Below are positions 8,992-18,177 of a stretch of 58,677 nucleotides of DNA, piece by piece. The stretch's first letter is position 1. Every line of letters starts with the position of its first letter. This DNA comes from a virus. Its lineage: Duplodnaviria; Caudoviricetes. The stretch is from IMG/VR virus record IMGVR_UViG_3300032295_004333, positions 1 through 58,677 of that record, one strand, 5' to 3'. Made by a program: the position numbers and the translations under genes. The notes under the pieces are model-generated. The model did no database searches, had not been told where the DNA came from, and saw only the letters and a program-made list of their open reading frames with translations.

Positions 8992-10370
8992 AGATTAATT
9001 TTACTACCAATCAAGAAAAATGATAGAACTGGAAATTCAGGATTGGTACTCAGATTGGCTTTGTAATTAACGTTTATTTTAAATCTACGAGTGAATTGAT
9101 AATCAAAACCTGAACCTAAAAATCCACTGAATGTTCTATCACTCACAGTTACTTTATCAAATGAAGAATAAACTAATGGTGTTGAAATTATATAAAGTTC
9201 AGGGGAAATTGTTAATTTTTTTCCTGATTGGAAAGGTCTTGTATAAAACGCAGTTATTGATGGACTTATGAATAAGTTTTTCTCATCTGTGACCTTAGTA
9301 ATCATTCCACTTACGTTCATTCCTGTTATTCCCCATTTTCCAGCATTTAATATTGCACTATAACCAATAAAACTCATGTAGTTTCCATAAGAATAAAGTG
9401 CCGTTGCATTGATATTATGAACCCATTTGAGTTTACCATTACCGCTAAAATGAATTTTAGTATAACGTCCGTTAAGTGCAAATTGTTTGAAATTTAACCA
9501 AACCATTGAAGTTACGCCCCAACTTGCTGTACCCGTCATAGATGAACGAGAAGTACCTATGTTTATGATTCCTGTGAATGACTTGTCTAAATTTTGTGCA
9601 CTTGTTAAATCTGAAGATATTACAATCGGATTGTTTCTTGCTGATTTGGAATTACTTCCACCCCCTTTTTCATTCTTCGAATCGACGTTCATCTGAGTTT
9701 CCGCAGCTACTTCGGACCCTTCAGAGTTTTTACCTTTTGAATCGTTTGATGAACTCGTTTGTTGAGAGTTCTGAGACCCTGTCTGATTAGATGAAGATGA
9801 GCTACTGACGCCGCCACCGACAGGATTATTATTGTTTTGAGAATTCTGAGTATTGTTTTGATTGCTTCCACTAAGTCCGCCAGAAGTCCCACCGCTCCCA
9901 GTATTACTACTATTAGAAGAGGAACTGCTATTAGAATTATTACGATTTTCATTTTTTGACTTATTTTTTGTATTATTTGAAGTTTTTGGGTTGTCTATAA
10001 CCAAACTTCCCGCAGTTTCAGATGCAATTGCTCCAGCAATACTTGAAACCACATTCCCTATGACTTGAGAGGTGATTTGATTTCTAATAACGTTGGTTGA
10101 TTGAACTGAACAAGGGGATATCTTCCTATAATCAGAATAAACCTGATTAATCCAATTGGCAAATTCACCGCTAGCAACATCTGCTGCAGTGAACGTTCTG
10201 GTTTGACCAAAAAAATATATCACAGTACCTCCTTGTAGTGGTATTGTGAAAGTGGTTACAGATTTTGTGCAAGGGTCAACAAAAGAAGTGGTCATAGTTT
10301 GACCATCAACTTTCAAGCTGAGAAATAAGATAAAGAATATACTTAAAAAAGTTCTTAATCTTTTGCACAT
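8988..10370 (-). CDS. secreted protein with a Ser/Asn linker and probable C-terminal outer-membrane beta-barrel
   Basis: Signal peptide, low-complexity S/N tract, alternating hydrophobic strands ending IGSKINL. Confidence 0.55.
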   Translation of the reverse strand: MCKRLRTFLSIFFILFLSLKVDGQTMTTSFVDPCTKSVTTFTIPLQGGTVIYFFGQTRTFTAADVASGEFANWINQVYSDYRKISPCSVQSTNVIRNQITSQVIGNVVSSIAGAIASETAGSLVIDNPKTSNNTKNKSKNENRNNSNSSSSSNSSNTGSGGTSGGLSGSNQNNTQNSQNNNNPVGGGVSSSSSSNQTGSQNSQQTSSSNDSKGKNSEGSEVAAETQMNVDSKNEKGGGSNSKSARNNPIVISSDLTSAQNLDKSFTGIINIGTSRSSMTGTASWGVTSMVWLNFKQFALNGRYTKIHFSGNGKLKWVHNINATALYSYGNYMSFIGYSAILNAGKWGITGMNVSGMITKVTDEKNLFISPSITAFYTRPFQSGKKLTISPELYIISTPLVYSSFDKVTVSDRTFSGFLGSGFDYQFTRRFKINVNYKANLSTNPEFPVLSFFLIGSKINL

Positions 10371-11122
10371 TATCTCGGGAATTTACCCTTTTTGATTAAT
10401 CTAACGAGTATTCTACCACAAGCAATATCTAATGCTTTCTTTGTAGTTATACCGATAGTTGATTGATTGAATTTAACATCACTCAGATTATCATCGTTGA
10501 GTAAGGTTAATTCTCTTACTGTTTTAGCTTCACCAAGACCACTTGCTGCAACTATTTCTCCTGTCTCAGCATCTGTGAATCTAACTTGTAGACCAAGTCT
10601 TGTATTGACGGTGTTTTTCACACCATCTTTCAGGTTAACTGTTTCATCTTCGGATACAGAAAAATCATAAACCTCAATTGTTACAAAATAATGTGCGAGT
10701 CTAATTTTTCCTCTACCGTCAAGTTTGTCTTGAGAGATACCTGCTTGTGAAGCTTGGAATTGTTTTACCATCCTGTTTTTAATCTCAGTTTTATCTTCAG
10801 TAAAAGTAAATCTGTTCAGTTCTGAGAGATATTCTAAAACAATGTTTGCAACACCTAAACCGACTTTCTTTTCTTTGAGTTCAGGATATTGCTCATAAAC
10901 TTCTTCACTAATCCCAATTGTGAGAATCTGAATTGGGATTTGAGGACCATCATAGTCCATAAGTGAATCTATGTTTATTTTAGTTTCAAAACTTGCTTTA
11001 TATGATTCTGTTTTAGTTGTTCCTACTGTTTGAGCAGGAAGATTTGTTGCAATAAGAAACATAGTAATGAACCAAAGAAGGGTTATAATCCAATATTTGT
11101 GTTTTGACCAAAAATTTTTCAT
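10370..11122 (-). CDS. CsgG/HfaB-like secreted protein
   Basis: Signal peptide; LSELNRFTFTEDK, VYDFSV, LQVRFTDAETGEIVAAS.G.GE pattern typical of the CsgG-like fold. Confidence 0.65.
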   Translation of the reverse strand: MKNFWSKHKYWIITLLWFITMFLIATNLPAQTVGTTKTESYKASFETKINIDSLMDYDGPQIPIQILTIGISEEVYEQYPELKEKKVGLGVANIVLEYLSELNRFTFTEDKTEIKNRMVKQFQASQAGISQDKLDGRGKIRLAHYFVTIEVYDFSVSEDETVNLKDGVKNTVNTRLGLQVRFTDAETGEIVAASGLGEAKTVRELTLLNDDNLSDVKFNQSTIGITTKKALDIACGRILVRLIKKGKFPR

Positions 11123-11123
11123 A

Positions 11124-11660
11124 TTAATCTTGTTTAATTAGACCACATTTAAGACACTCTTCTTCACCATCACCGTCTTTATCACCCCATACGTGTTCAC
11201 ACTGACGATGCTCGAAATACATGTCGATTATTCCATCTCCGTCCTCATCAATACCATCCATAACACCGTCACCATCTTCGTCGATTTCTACACCAACTTT
11301 TGGTGAAGCTTGTTGTATAACCTGAGGGACTATTTGAGAGGTCACGGGAGTTGATGATTGCATATCAGCAGTATTCGAAACTGAAACACCATCTTCCTCG
11401 TCCATTTTTTGAACTAACATCTTGTCTTTATCAGTATCACTGAACCAATAGTCAATGATTTTACCATAAGAACCGATGAAAGCACCAAGGAGTAAAAGAA
11501 GAAGTTCTTTCCATTCTCCACTGATATTACTTTGTTCAAAAATCGCCATAAAAATTGCTCCCATGATGATGACGAATCCACCTAATACAAGAGCGGTAAT
11601 CCACCATCTTCTTTTCATCATGGAGTTAAGTAAATCTTTAAATCCTGTTGGTTGTTGCAT
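11124..11660 (-). CDS. two-TM membrane protein with Ca-binding DxDGDG repeats
   Basis: Two TMs, then IIDYWF, three DxDGDG loops and a terminal CEH/CLKC. Confidence 0.65.
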   Translation of the reverse strand: MQQPTGFKDLLNSMMKRRWWITALVLGGFVIIMGAIFMAIFEQSNISGEWKELLLLLLGAFIGSYGKIIDYWFSDTDKDKMLVQKMDEEDGVSVSNTADMQSSTPVTSQIVPQVIQQASPKVGVEIDEDGDGVMDGIDEDGDGIIDMYFEHRQCEHVWGDKDGDGEEECLKCGLIKQD

Positions 11661-11663
11661 AAA

Positions 11664-11987
11664 TTACCATTTTGGTTCTTCAGAAAATTCTTTTTCTTTC
11701 TTTGGTTTAGCAGGTTCAGCTGGTTTAGCTGCTTCTGTAGTTTTTTCTTTGATAATTACGGTTTTACCAGGAGCAGCCTGTTGTTGCTGTTGTTGGGTGT
11801 TGTTGATTATGATGTTTGGGGTTGCTTGTTGTGCGGGTTGTGCCGCTTCTTCAGCCCCACCACCGAATAATAATGTACTTAACCATACACCACCACCAGC
11901 CACTACAGTACCTAAGGTACCTACGATTGTTTTTTTGAGACCAGACCATGTTCCGTCGTTCGTCTCTTGGATTTGTTCTTCAGACAT
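11664..11987 (-). CDS. single-TM protein with a Gln/Pro-rich tail
   Basis: 107 aa, one hydrophobic Gly-rich segment, within the operon. Confidence 0.6.
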   Translation of the reverse strand: MSEEQIQETNDGTWSGLKKTIVGTLGTVVAGGGVWLSTLLFGGGAEEAAQPAQQATPNIIINNTQQQQQQAAPGKTVIIKEKTTEAAKPAEPAKPKKEKEFSEEPKW

Positions 11988-11991
11988 TTTT

Positions 11992-13899
11992 TTAAATTTT
12001 AATAAATTGTTTAGTTGTTTTATTTCTGGAATCGAAAACTACCAATTGGTATACTCCATTAGAAAGACCTTGAACATTCAATCTTTTAGTGATTTTTATT
12101 CCCAAGTCATCTGATTGGATTTTACCTAAATTTAGTACTTCCTTACCGCCGATATCATAAATAGATGCATATACGACAGTTTGACTTGGTAAATTAATTT
12201 CTAAGTTTAAGAAACCTTCAGTTGGGTTTGGAAATACTTTCATGGTTATTTTCTCTTCAGGTGATGGTGCTACGACCATCATGGCTCTATAGGTTAAGAC
12301 TGTAACATCTGATACAAGGCTAATATTGAAATGGTCCCCATTTGAATTAGAGGCGTCCATAAGTTTTCTCACGTAGACTGATGTTGAAATGTCTTGATTT
12401 GGATTAATGGCTGTGAATTTTAAATTAAAAGGGGTCACTGCTCCGACCAGTGACCCTGTTTTTTGGTTATTCATTCCTCCGAATCTAACAACACCTTTTT
12501 GAGGGTCGTGGTTAACATATTGTAACCACGGTCCCCCCAAATTGGATTGTATACCTTCGAATTTTACTTTACTAACATCATAAGACATTTCAAACTGTAA
12601 ACCTGTGTTTTGAAGCCCGTTAGTTTGAATTTTAAACGGAACATTCAAAGGTTGTCCCAAAACATATTGATTTGGAATCTCCACATTCATATTTCCTATG
12701 AAGTTGTATGCTAAAACTTCTCCACCTTGAGAGTCGAATACTGGTGAAGAGTGTGTTCTATCAACGTCTCCGAGTATGAAATATTTCAAGTCAAGAGTTA
12801 GGTTTGTTGTACCGACAGAGTCCGTTACGAATATACCTCTGTTTGAGTACGAAGCCCAACTTGACCATGTAGTATTGGATAATACCAAACTATCATATTC
12901 ATTCTTTTTGAAAACGTTAATTAATTTGTTTAAATCGATTGGTTTTAGACCTGATACCGATGCGTAAATCCCATAAGGGTCACCAGCGTCTAAAGTTCCT
13001 GTAAGGTTAATATCACCAATTAAATAAGATAATGGATGTCTTAAAAACTGACGACCATATCCCTGATTAACATCTGTTGATGTAAATTCATTGAATGTTT
13101 TAACAGCATCAGTTATTGTAACTGCTCTGTCTCTGAGTAACGCTAAACTATCTTGAGGAAATCTTAACTCTATTTTATATCTTGTATTTTCCTCAATATT
13201 ACTCAGAGTATAGTTTCCCGTTGCAGCGTTTGGTTGCGTTGAAGAAACTAACTGATTGGTATTCAAATCATAACAATTTATGGTAGGTAACAAGCCTGAT
13301 GATGTAACTGAACTTGGAAGGTGAACTTTACCTGATATGGTTAAGTTACCTAGTAATTTTACTGCCAACTTTTTGTAAGATAAGTTAGCCACGTTATCAC
13401 CAATTGATGTACCATCCATTTTAATCATCCTCACCCAGTTTACGGTGATAGAGTCTGATACGTAGTTCGGAGCTACGTCGTTAATTTTGTACTTGTTATG
13501 AATTATGTAACCGTTGGAACTAACAGCACTACCATTGGATAAAACTAAGTAGTTTCTACCAATAGCCCATTCTGTGTTTGCCACATAGTTGTAATTCCCA
13601 TTTGAATAAGAATCATACTTGTAGTCGTTCCAAGATTTGTAATCCACAACAGGTGAGTTCCCGTTAACTGCGGGGTCTACCGTGGTTGATAGATACGTGA
13701 ATAGGGTTTTCTTGAACTGCCAGTCGACTTGGAAACCTCGGATGTCTACACCTGATGCTGGTTTATAATACCAGGCAACATCCAAAGTATCACCCCTTCT
13801 AACTGTTGCAAGTTGTTGAAAGTGACCTATTTCTGGGGTTTGTGCATAACTACTAATACCACATATTAATAGCAGCAACCCCAAAAGGGTTTTTTTCAT
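11992..13899 (-). CDS. T9SS cargo protein with cohesin-like and dockerin-like domains
   Basis: Signal peptide; cohesin-like GDTLDV..IRGFQVDWQF and VPFKI..GLQFEMSYD; GDINLTGTLDAGD Ca-loop; type A CTD VFPNP..IYDIGG..LSNGVY..KQFIK. Confidence 0.8.
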   Translation of the reverse strand: MKKTLLGLLLLICGISSYAQTPEIGHFQQLATVRRGDTLDVAWYYKPASGVDIRGFQVDWQFKKTLFTYLSTTVDPAVNGNSPVVDYKSWNDYKYDSYSNGNYNYVANTEWAIGRNYLVLSNGSAVSSNGYIIHNKYKINDVAPNYVSDSITVNWVRMIKMDGTSIGDNVANLSYKKLAVKLLGNLTISGKVHLPSSVTSSGLLPTINCYDLNTNQLVSSTQPNAATGNYTLSNIEENTRYKIELRFPQDSLALLRDRAVTITDAVKTFNEFTSTDVNQGYGRQFLRHPLSYLIGDINLTGTLDAGDPYGIYASVSGLKPIDLNKLINVFKKNEYDSLVLSNTTWSSWASYSNRGIFVTDSVGTTNLTLDLKYFILGDVDRTHSSPVFDSQGGEVLAYNFIGNMNVEIPNQYVLGQPLNVPFKIQTNGLQNTGLQFEMSYDVSKVKFEGIQSNLGGPWLQYVNHDPQKGVVRFGGMNNQKTGSLVGAVTPFNLKFTAINPNQDISTSVYVRKLMDASNSNGDHFNISLVSDVTVLTYRAMMVVAPSPEEKITMKVFPNPTEGFLNLEINLPSQTVVYASIYDIGGKEVLNLGKIQSDDLGIKITKRLNVQGLSNGVYQLVVFDSRNKTTKQFIKI

Positions 13900-13900
13900 T

Positions 13901-14398
13901 TTACTTGAAAAGGTTTTGGATTAATGTCTCTGAGGACTTTTTTATAACATTCGAAACGGATTGTTGATTGATTGTTCCTGCTTCAGATATGATAATTGTG
14001 GACATAGAAATTTCTGAAGACTTTCCTGTAGAAAGATATTCTTTAATTTTCTTACCCGTTGGGGAATAAAGTGTTCCCCTCATTCTTAAAATTGTTTCAC
14101 TATTGTCTTTGTGAAAAACTGAAACACCAGTGTTGGTTTGCAGGATATCGAAGTATATTAATTCAACTTTTAATGAATAATCGGAATTGTTAAGAGAATC
14201 TGCAAGAGTATAGTCCATCTCTTGTAAACTTTCTAAAATGATATTTTTAACACCAAAACTTAAATTACGATTTTTAACCATTGGTCCAATTTGAATCTTA
14301 TTTTCAATAGGATATATAAAAATTCTCTTCGGTTCCTGTTTTTCGTGTGAAGGAACGAGCAATAATAAGGTCAGTATGAATGATAGAAATATCTTCAT
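13901..14398 (-). CDS. secreted/periplasmic protein, first gene of the envelope operon
   Basis: Start reassigned to MKIFLSFIL (signal peptide) after TATTTATA at 14420-14427. Confidence 0.6.
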   Translation of the reverse strand: MKIFLSFILTLLLLVPSHEKQEPKRIFIYPIENKIQIGPMVKNRNLSFGVKNIILESLQEMDYTLADSLNNSDYSLKVELIYFDILQTNTGVSVFHKDNSETILRMRGTLYSPTGKKIKEYLSTGKSSEISMSTIIISEAGTINQQSVSNVIKKSSETLIQNLFK

Positions 14399-14471
14399 TT
14401 GATAAAGTATCTTGGTATCTATAAATACAGATTTTTGGATTAAAATAGTATTTATTAATAAAGAATTTTTG

Positions 14472-15578
14472 ATGTCTATACTGAATGAAATAAGTAGAAT
14501 ACGTGCCGTAATGGGATTTCTTAAAGAAGAAGAAGAAATCGGTGGTCTAAAAATGAATATGAATCTTAAAAGTTTTGTTGAAACTTTACAATTCCTTAAA
14601 TTATATTCAAATAAGATTGAAAGAATGTTGATGGATATAACGGATTTTGCCAACAATCAAATTATAGATTTCGATATGATGAATAGAGGTTTGAGAAAAG
14701 TTCTACTCAAGAAAGGAGACAAAGGAAAAAATGTTGAGGACTATTTGGGTAAAATTATCACTTCATTGAAATATAGAGAAAGGAGTGGTTATGGAACTGA
14801 ACCTGAAAGTGAAGACTACGAATTTGAAATTGAAGAACCCTCTATTGTTCCGAAAAAAGTATTCAGAAAAGAACTTTATGAACTCCAAGTTGAACTCCTG
14901 AAGTTACAAGAATGGTTGAAACAAACTAACAAAACTGTTATTATAGTTTTTGAAGGTAGAGATTCTGCAGGTAAAGGTTCAACAATCAAAAAATTCGTTG
15001 AAAATTTAAATCCAAGATACTATAACGTAATTGCATTGGGTGTACCAACTCCTGATGAAAGAAAAGATTGGTGGAACAGATACCGTAATCAAATAAAACC
15101 TGGAATGATAAATCTATTTGATAGAAGTTGGTACAATAGAGGATTGATTGAACCTGTTATGGGTTATGGCTCCCCTGAAGAGTATGAAGACTTTATGGAG
15201 AATGTTGCGGACTTTGAAAGAGATTTGGTAAAAGATGGTGACTACTTATTCAAATTGTGGTTCTCAATCGACAAAGGTACACAGGCAAGAAGATTCAAAA
15301 TGAGACAACAGTCCCCATTAAAATATTGGAAATACTCTCCAAATGATTCTAAAATGCAAGATTTGTGGGACAGATTCACCGAGTTCAAAGAAAAGTTGTT
15401 TGATAAAACCTCCACTTTAAATCACCCTTGGGTTATTATAGATGCTGAAGATAAAAGAGTATCTGGGTTGAATGCCATAAGATACGTACTTCAGAATATT
15501 CCATATGAAGGAAAGAATGAAAAAGTATTAGATAAAGAATTCCCTGAAGTATTAGCAGTATTAAAACCAAATTCGTAA
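14472..15578 (+). CDS. ppk2: polyphosphate kinase 2 with a ~130-aa N-terminal extension
   Basis: FEGRDSAGKGSTIK Walker A, LFDRSWY, KLWFSI, WKYSPND; start reassigned to MSILNE after TATTTAT 14449-14455. Confidence 0.92.
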   Translation: MSILNEISRIRAVMGFLKEEEEIGGLKMNMNLKSFVETLQFLKLYSNKIERMLMDITDFANNQIIDFDMMNRGLRKVLLKKGDKGKNVEDYLGKIITSLKYRERSGYGTEPESEDYEFEIEEPSIVPKKVFRKELYELQVELLKLQEWLKQTNKTVIIVFEGRDSAGKGSTIKKFVENLNPRYYNVIALGVPTPDERKDWWNRYRNQIKPGMINLFDRSWYNRGLIEPVMGYGSPEEYEDFMENVADFERDLVKDGDYLFKLWFSIDKGTQARRFKMRQQSPLKYWKYSPNDSKMQDLWDRFTEFKEKLFDKTSTLNHPWVIIDAEDKRVSGLNAIRYVLQNIPYEGKNEKVLDKEFPEVLAVLKPNS

Positions 15579-15581
15579 ATT

Positions 15582-16199
15582 ATGAGAAATCTAAAACAAA
15601 TAATTAAAGAAGCACTCGAAAAAGAATTAAATAAAACCTTAATTCTGAAAGAAAATATAAAAATTTCTGAAGCACTTCAGTATCATATTGATAACAATTT
15701 GTCTCTAACAGACAACGTATTTAGAGTTTATTCTAAGGGTTATTTTGATTTGGTTAATGAGGTTAGAAACCTTTGGAAGGATGGTAAAATTCACTTGAAT
15801 GAAGAGGATACTCTAATGGTTGAAAGTGATTTGGGACAGAGAGTAAAAATAGGTGAAGAGATTGTTTATTTGGATGCACCTTTTGAAGTTGAGGATGATG
15901 AAGTTTTGGAAGAAGCCGAACACAGAGGAAAAAACGTAAAATTAGGTAAACCATTTAGAACACCAGGTGGACCAAAGAAATTTGCAGTCTATGTAAAAAG
16001 TAAAAATGGTGGTGTTAAAAAAGTAACCTTTGGTGACCCAAAACTAAAAGTTAGGAATAGAAATAAAGGTGCCGCAAAGTCATTTAGAGCACGTCATAGA
16101 TGTGACCAAAAGAAGGATAGAACTACAGCAGGATATTGGTCTTGTAATGTTGGTAGATATGCTAAACAACTTGGTCTATCGTCTTCAAATTCTTGGTAA
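15582..16199 (+). CDS. conserved large-phage protein with a basic C-terminal domain
   Basis: KKFAVYVK..VKKVTFGD..SFRARH.C..AGYWSC motif, recalled from large myophage hypothetical proteins. Confidence 0.65.
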   Translation: MRNLKQIIKEALEKELNKTLILKENIKISEALQYHIDNNLSLTDNVFRVYSKGYFDLVNEVRNLWKDGKIHLNEEDTLMVESDLGQRVKIGEEIVYLDAPFEVEDDEVLEEAEHRGKNVKLGKPFRTPGGPKKFAVYVKSKNGGVKKVTFGDPKLKVRNRNKGAAKSFRARHRCDQKKDRTTAGYWSCNVGRYAKQLGLSSSNSW

Positions 16200-16543
16200 T
16201 GAACTTAGAAAGAATTAAGGAATTCTTACAGAATTACTTGGATACTGTTGTTTCACCTAAAGTTAATGAAAAACGAGAAAAACTGAAATTAGAACCTGTT
16301 GAGTTTACCGTTTTTGAAGTACTCAAAGGTAGTTATCAACCACCAATTATTCATGTGTTCCTACACACAGAACCTGAAATAAAAAAAACTTTATCATTAA
16401 AACCCCATGCTGTGATGCTGTTAGCAGAAGTTGAAAAGGATGTTGAGGGGTTCTTAAAAGTTTTTTCAATCAACAATAAAATTAAAGTTCATTGGAATAG
16501 AACACCAATTTTCAATAATGGTACCATACACACAAACGATTAA
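16199..16543 (+). CDS. hypothetical protein
   Basis: ATG overlaps the upstream stop. Confidence 0.6.
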   Translation: MNLERIKEFLQNYLDTVVSPKVNEKREKLKLEPVEFTVFEVLKGSYQPPIIHVFLHTEPEIKKTLSLKPHAVMLLAEVEKDVEGFLKVFSINNKIKVHWNRTPIFNNGTIHTND

Positions 16544-16784
16544 TAACGGCAAAATCCTGAGAACTTTCACCCCTGATGTTGATTCCGAAGAATTGAAATG
16601 GCATCAGGATTTGAGTGATAGAAAAGTAACAATTTTGGAAGATGGTGGTTGGGAATTTCAAATGGAAGATTCTTTGCCAGTCAAATTAGAAAATGCAAAA
16701 CAAATTGATATACCCAAATTTGTTTGGCACAGAGTTATAAAAGGAAAAGGAAATTTAGTTGTTGAAATAGAAGAGACGCCATGA
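16518..16784 (+). CDS. small cupin-fold protein
   Basis: WHQD..DR..., IPK..WHRVIKG cupin motifs. Confidence 0.65.
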   Translation: MVPYTQTINNGKILRTFTPDVDSEELKWHQDLSDRKVTILEDGGWEFQMEDSLPVKLENAKQIDIPKFVWHRVIKGKGNLVVEIEETP

Positions 16785-17353
16785 TTTTAAATTCTGAACT
16801 TATACCACATGAAAACTTTCATAAAGGGTTTTGGTTGAGGACCAAAAATTGCCCTTGGTTTTTCTTTTATGAATCACCAAGAGAATTCAAACTGCCAAAC
16901 AACAAAGAATTTTATAATACTTTAGACGAAGATTTGAAGGGTATTGTAATGAATCTACATTCAAAAAAAATACCAACAACTCCATCATGTTCAGGTCATA
17001 TCAAAAGCGATGAACATTACGATAAAATTTATAAAAATCTTGTTCACACAAAAAATTTAATTAAAAAAGACGGTGTTGAATTACTCAACCCCGAAACTAA
17101 TAGAAAGTTTTTTTACAAAAATCAAAATTACCAGTTACCATATACCAAAAATGACTTTCTAAGAAAACTTGGGAAGTATCAAACCAAAGGTGTTTTAGGT
17201 ATGGTTGACGACGGTACAATATTTGAAAAATTGAAAGGTAAAACACCTCTAAAAAAATCAGATAACATTACATTGATTATGACTGAGGGTAAAACCCAAA
17301 AGGAAATATCGAATAAATGGAAGGAGATTGAAAAAATATTGAAAGACGTTTAG
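16781..17353 (+). CDS. hypothetical protein
   Basis: 190 aa with a TTPSCSGH motif (Tyw3-like SC.GH, weak). Confidence 0.6.
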   Translation: MILNSELIPHENFHKGFWLRTKNCPWFFFYESPREFKLPNNKEFYNTLDEDLKGIVMNLHSKKIPTTPSCSGHIKSDEHYDKIYKNLVHTKNLIKKDGVELLNPETNRKFFYKNQNYQLPYTKNDFLRKLGKYQTKGVLGMVDDGTIFEKLKGKTPLKKSDNITLIMTEGKTQKEISNKWKEIEKILKDV

Positions 17354-18120
17354 ATTAAATCTTTGATGTCGAACTTTTCAATAAATTTAGGGAAGGCTTC
17401 TTTGTATGACTTTTGAGTCTCATCCGAAATCTTGTTTGTGAACTGCCAATTCCAATAGAATGTATCGTTTGGTTTGAAACCATAATAGAAGTGAACTCTT
17501 TTCTGAGTATCTACAACATCAATACCTTTCCAGTTTTGTCCAACACAAATAAATCCACTTTGGATGTCTTTAATGATATTAGATTCTCCAAACGTGGTAT
17601 GTCTGTTTTCAAGCCATGTAAGTCTTTCAATTAATTTCTGATAAAACATATTTGCTTGTCCCCATCTTACCGACGAGAAAAATATAACAGCATCTGACTC
17701 CAATAGTTCTTTTGAAATTTTCCAAAGTTCATCATCTTTGTTATTAAGACTCGCCCAACATCTATGTTCACCAGATGGATTCTTAGTTTTGTCTTTCAAC
17801 ATAGCCTTTTTTATACCACAGGAATTACCCTCGGCTCTTGATACGTTACCTTCACACGGATAAATCTTTAATTCAGGTACGTCAATTAGGACTGATTTGT
17901 CTCCAAGATATTCATTGATTACTAAGGCTAAAATTGTGGACTTGGGAATGTCCATCTTATTCAAATCCCAATTATATCTATTAGAGCAAGGTAATAGTAA
18001 TACTTTATCAAGTTTTTCAAGTTCCTCAATAGTTTTCATTAAAGACTTGAAATTACCCGACGAACCGTTTTTCTCGGATACGTTGTATTTGTCTAAAATT
18101 TCGTTTAGGGATTTCATCAT
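17350..18120 (-). CDS. flavodoxin-like / NAD(P)H-dependent FMN reductase (iron-sulfur flavoprotein-like)
   Basis: SNR..PKS, IYPCEG..C..C, DD......LLESDAVIFFSSVRWG..QKLIERL. Confidence 0.7.
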   Translation of the reverse strand: MMKSLNEILDKYNVSEKNGSSGNFKSLMKTIEELEKLDKVLLLPCSNRYNWDLNKMDIPKSTILALVINEYLGDKSVLIDVPELKIYPCEGNVSRAEGNSCGIKKAMLKDKTKNPSGEHRCWASLNNKDDELWKISKELLESDAVIFFSSVRWGQANMFYQKLIERLTWLENRHTTFGESNIIKDIQSGFICVGQNWKGIDVVDTQKRVHFYYGFKPNDTFYWNWQFTNKISDETQKSYKEAFPKFIEKFDIKDLI

Positions 18121-18160
18121 TTGATAAATACTTGGGGAATCTAAATAAAAACCCACCAAT

Positions 18161-18174
18161 TAGGTGGGTTCAAT
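18161..18174 (-). terminator. hairpin terminator (arm of the 18149-18171 stem)
   Basis: AACCCACC/GGTGGGTT inverted repeat downstream of the 18178-19167 gene. Confidence 0.45.
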
Positions 18175-18177
18175 ATT

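Noticed and set aside
11476-12114. 212-aa plus-strand ORF with a poly-Cys run
   Set aside because: Antisense shadow of the Gln-rich minus-strand gene (CAA/CAG codons read as TGT/TGC).
13901-14656. Long N-terminal extensions in the ORF track (also at 14412, 19222, 42929, 54960)
   Set aside because: They overlap divergent genes or tRNAs; internal ATGs right after promoter motifs and signal peptides give better starts.
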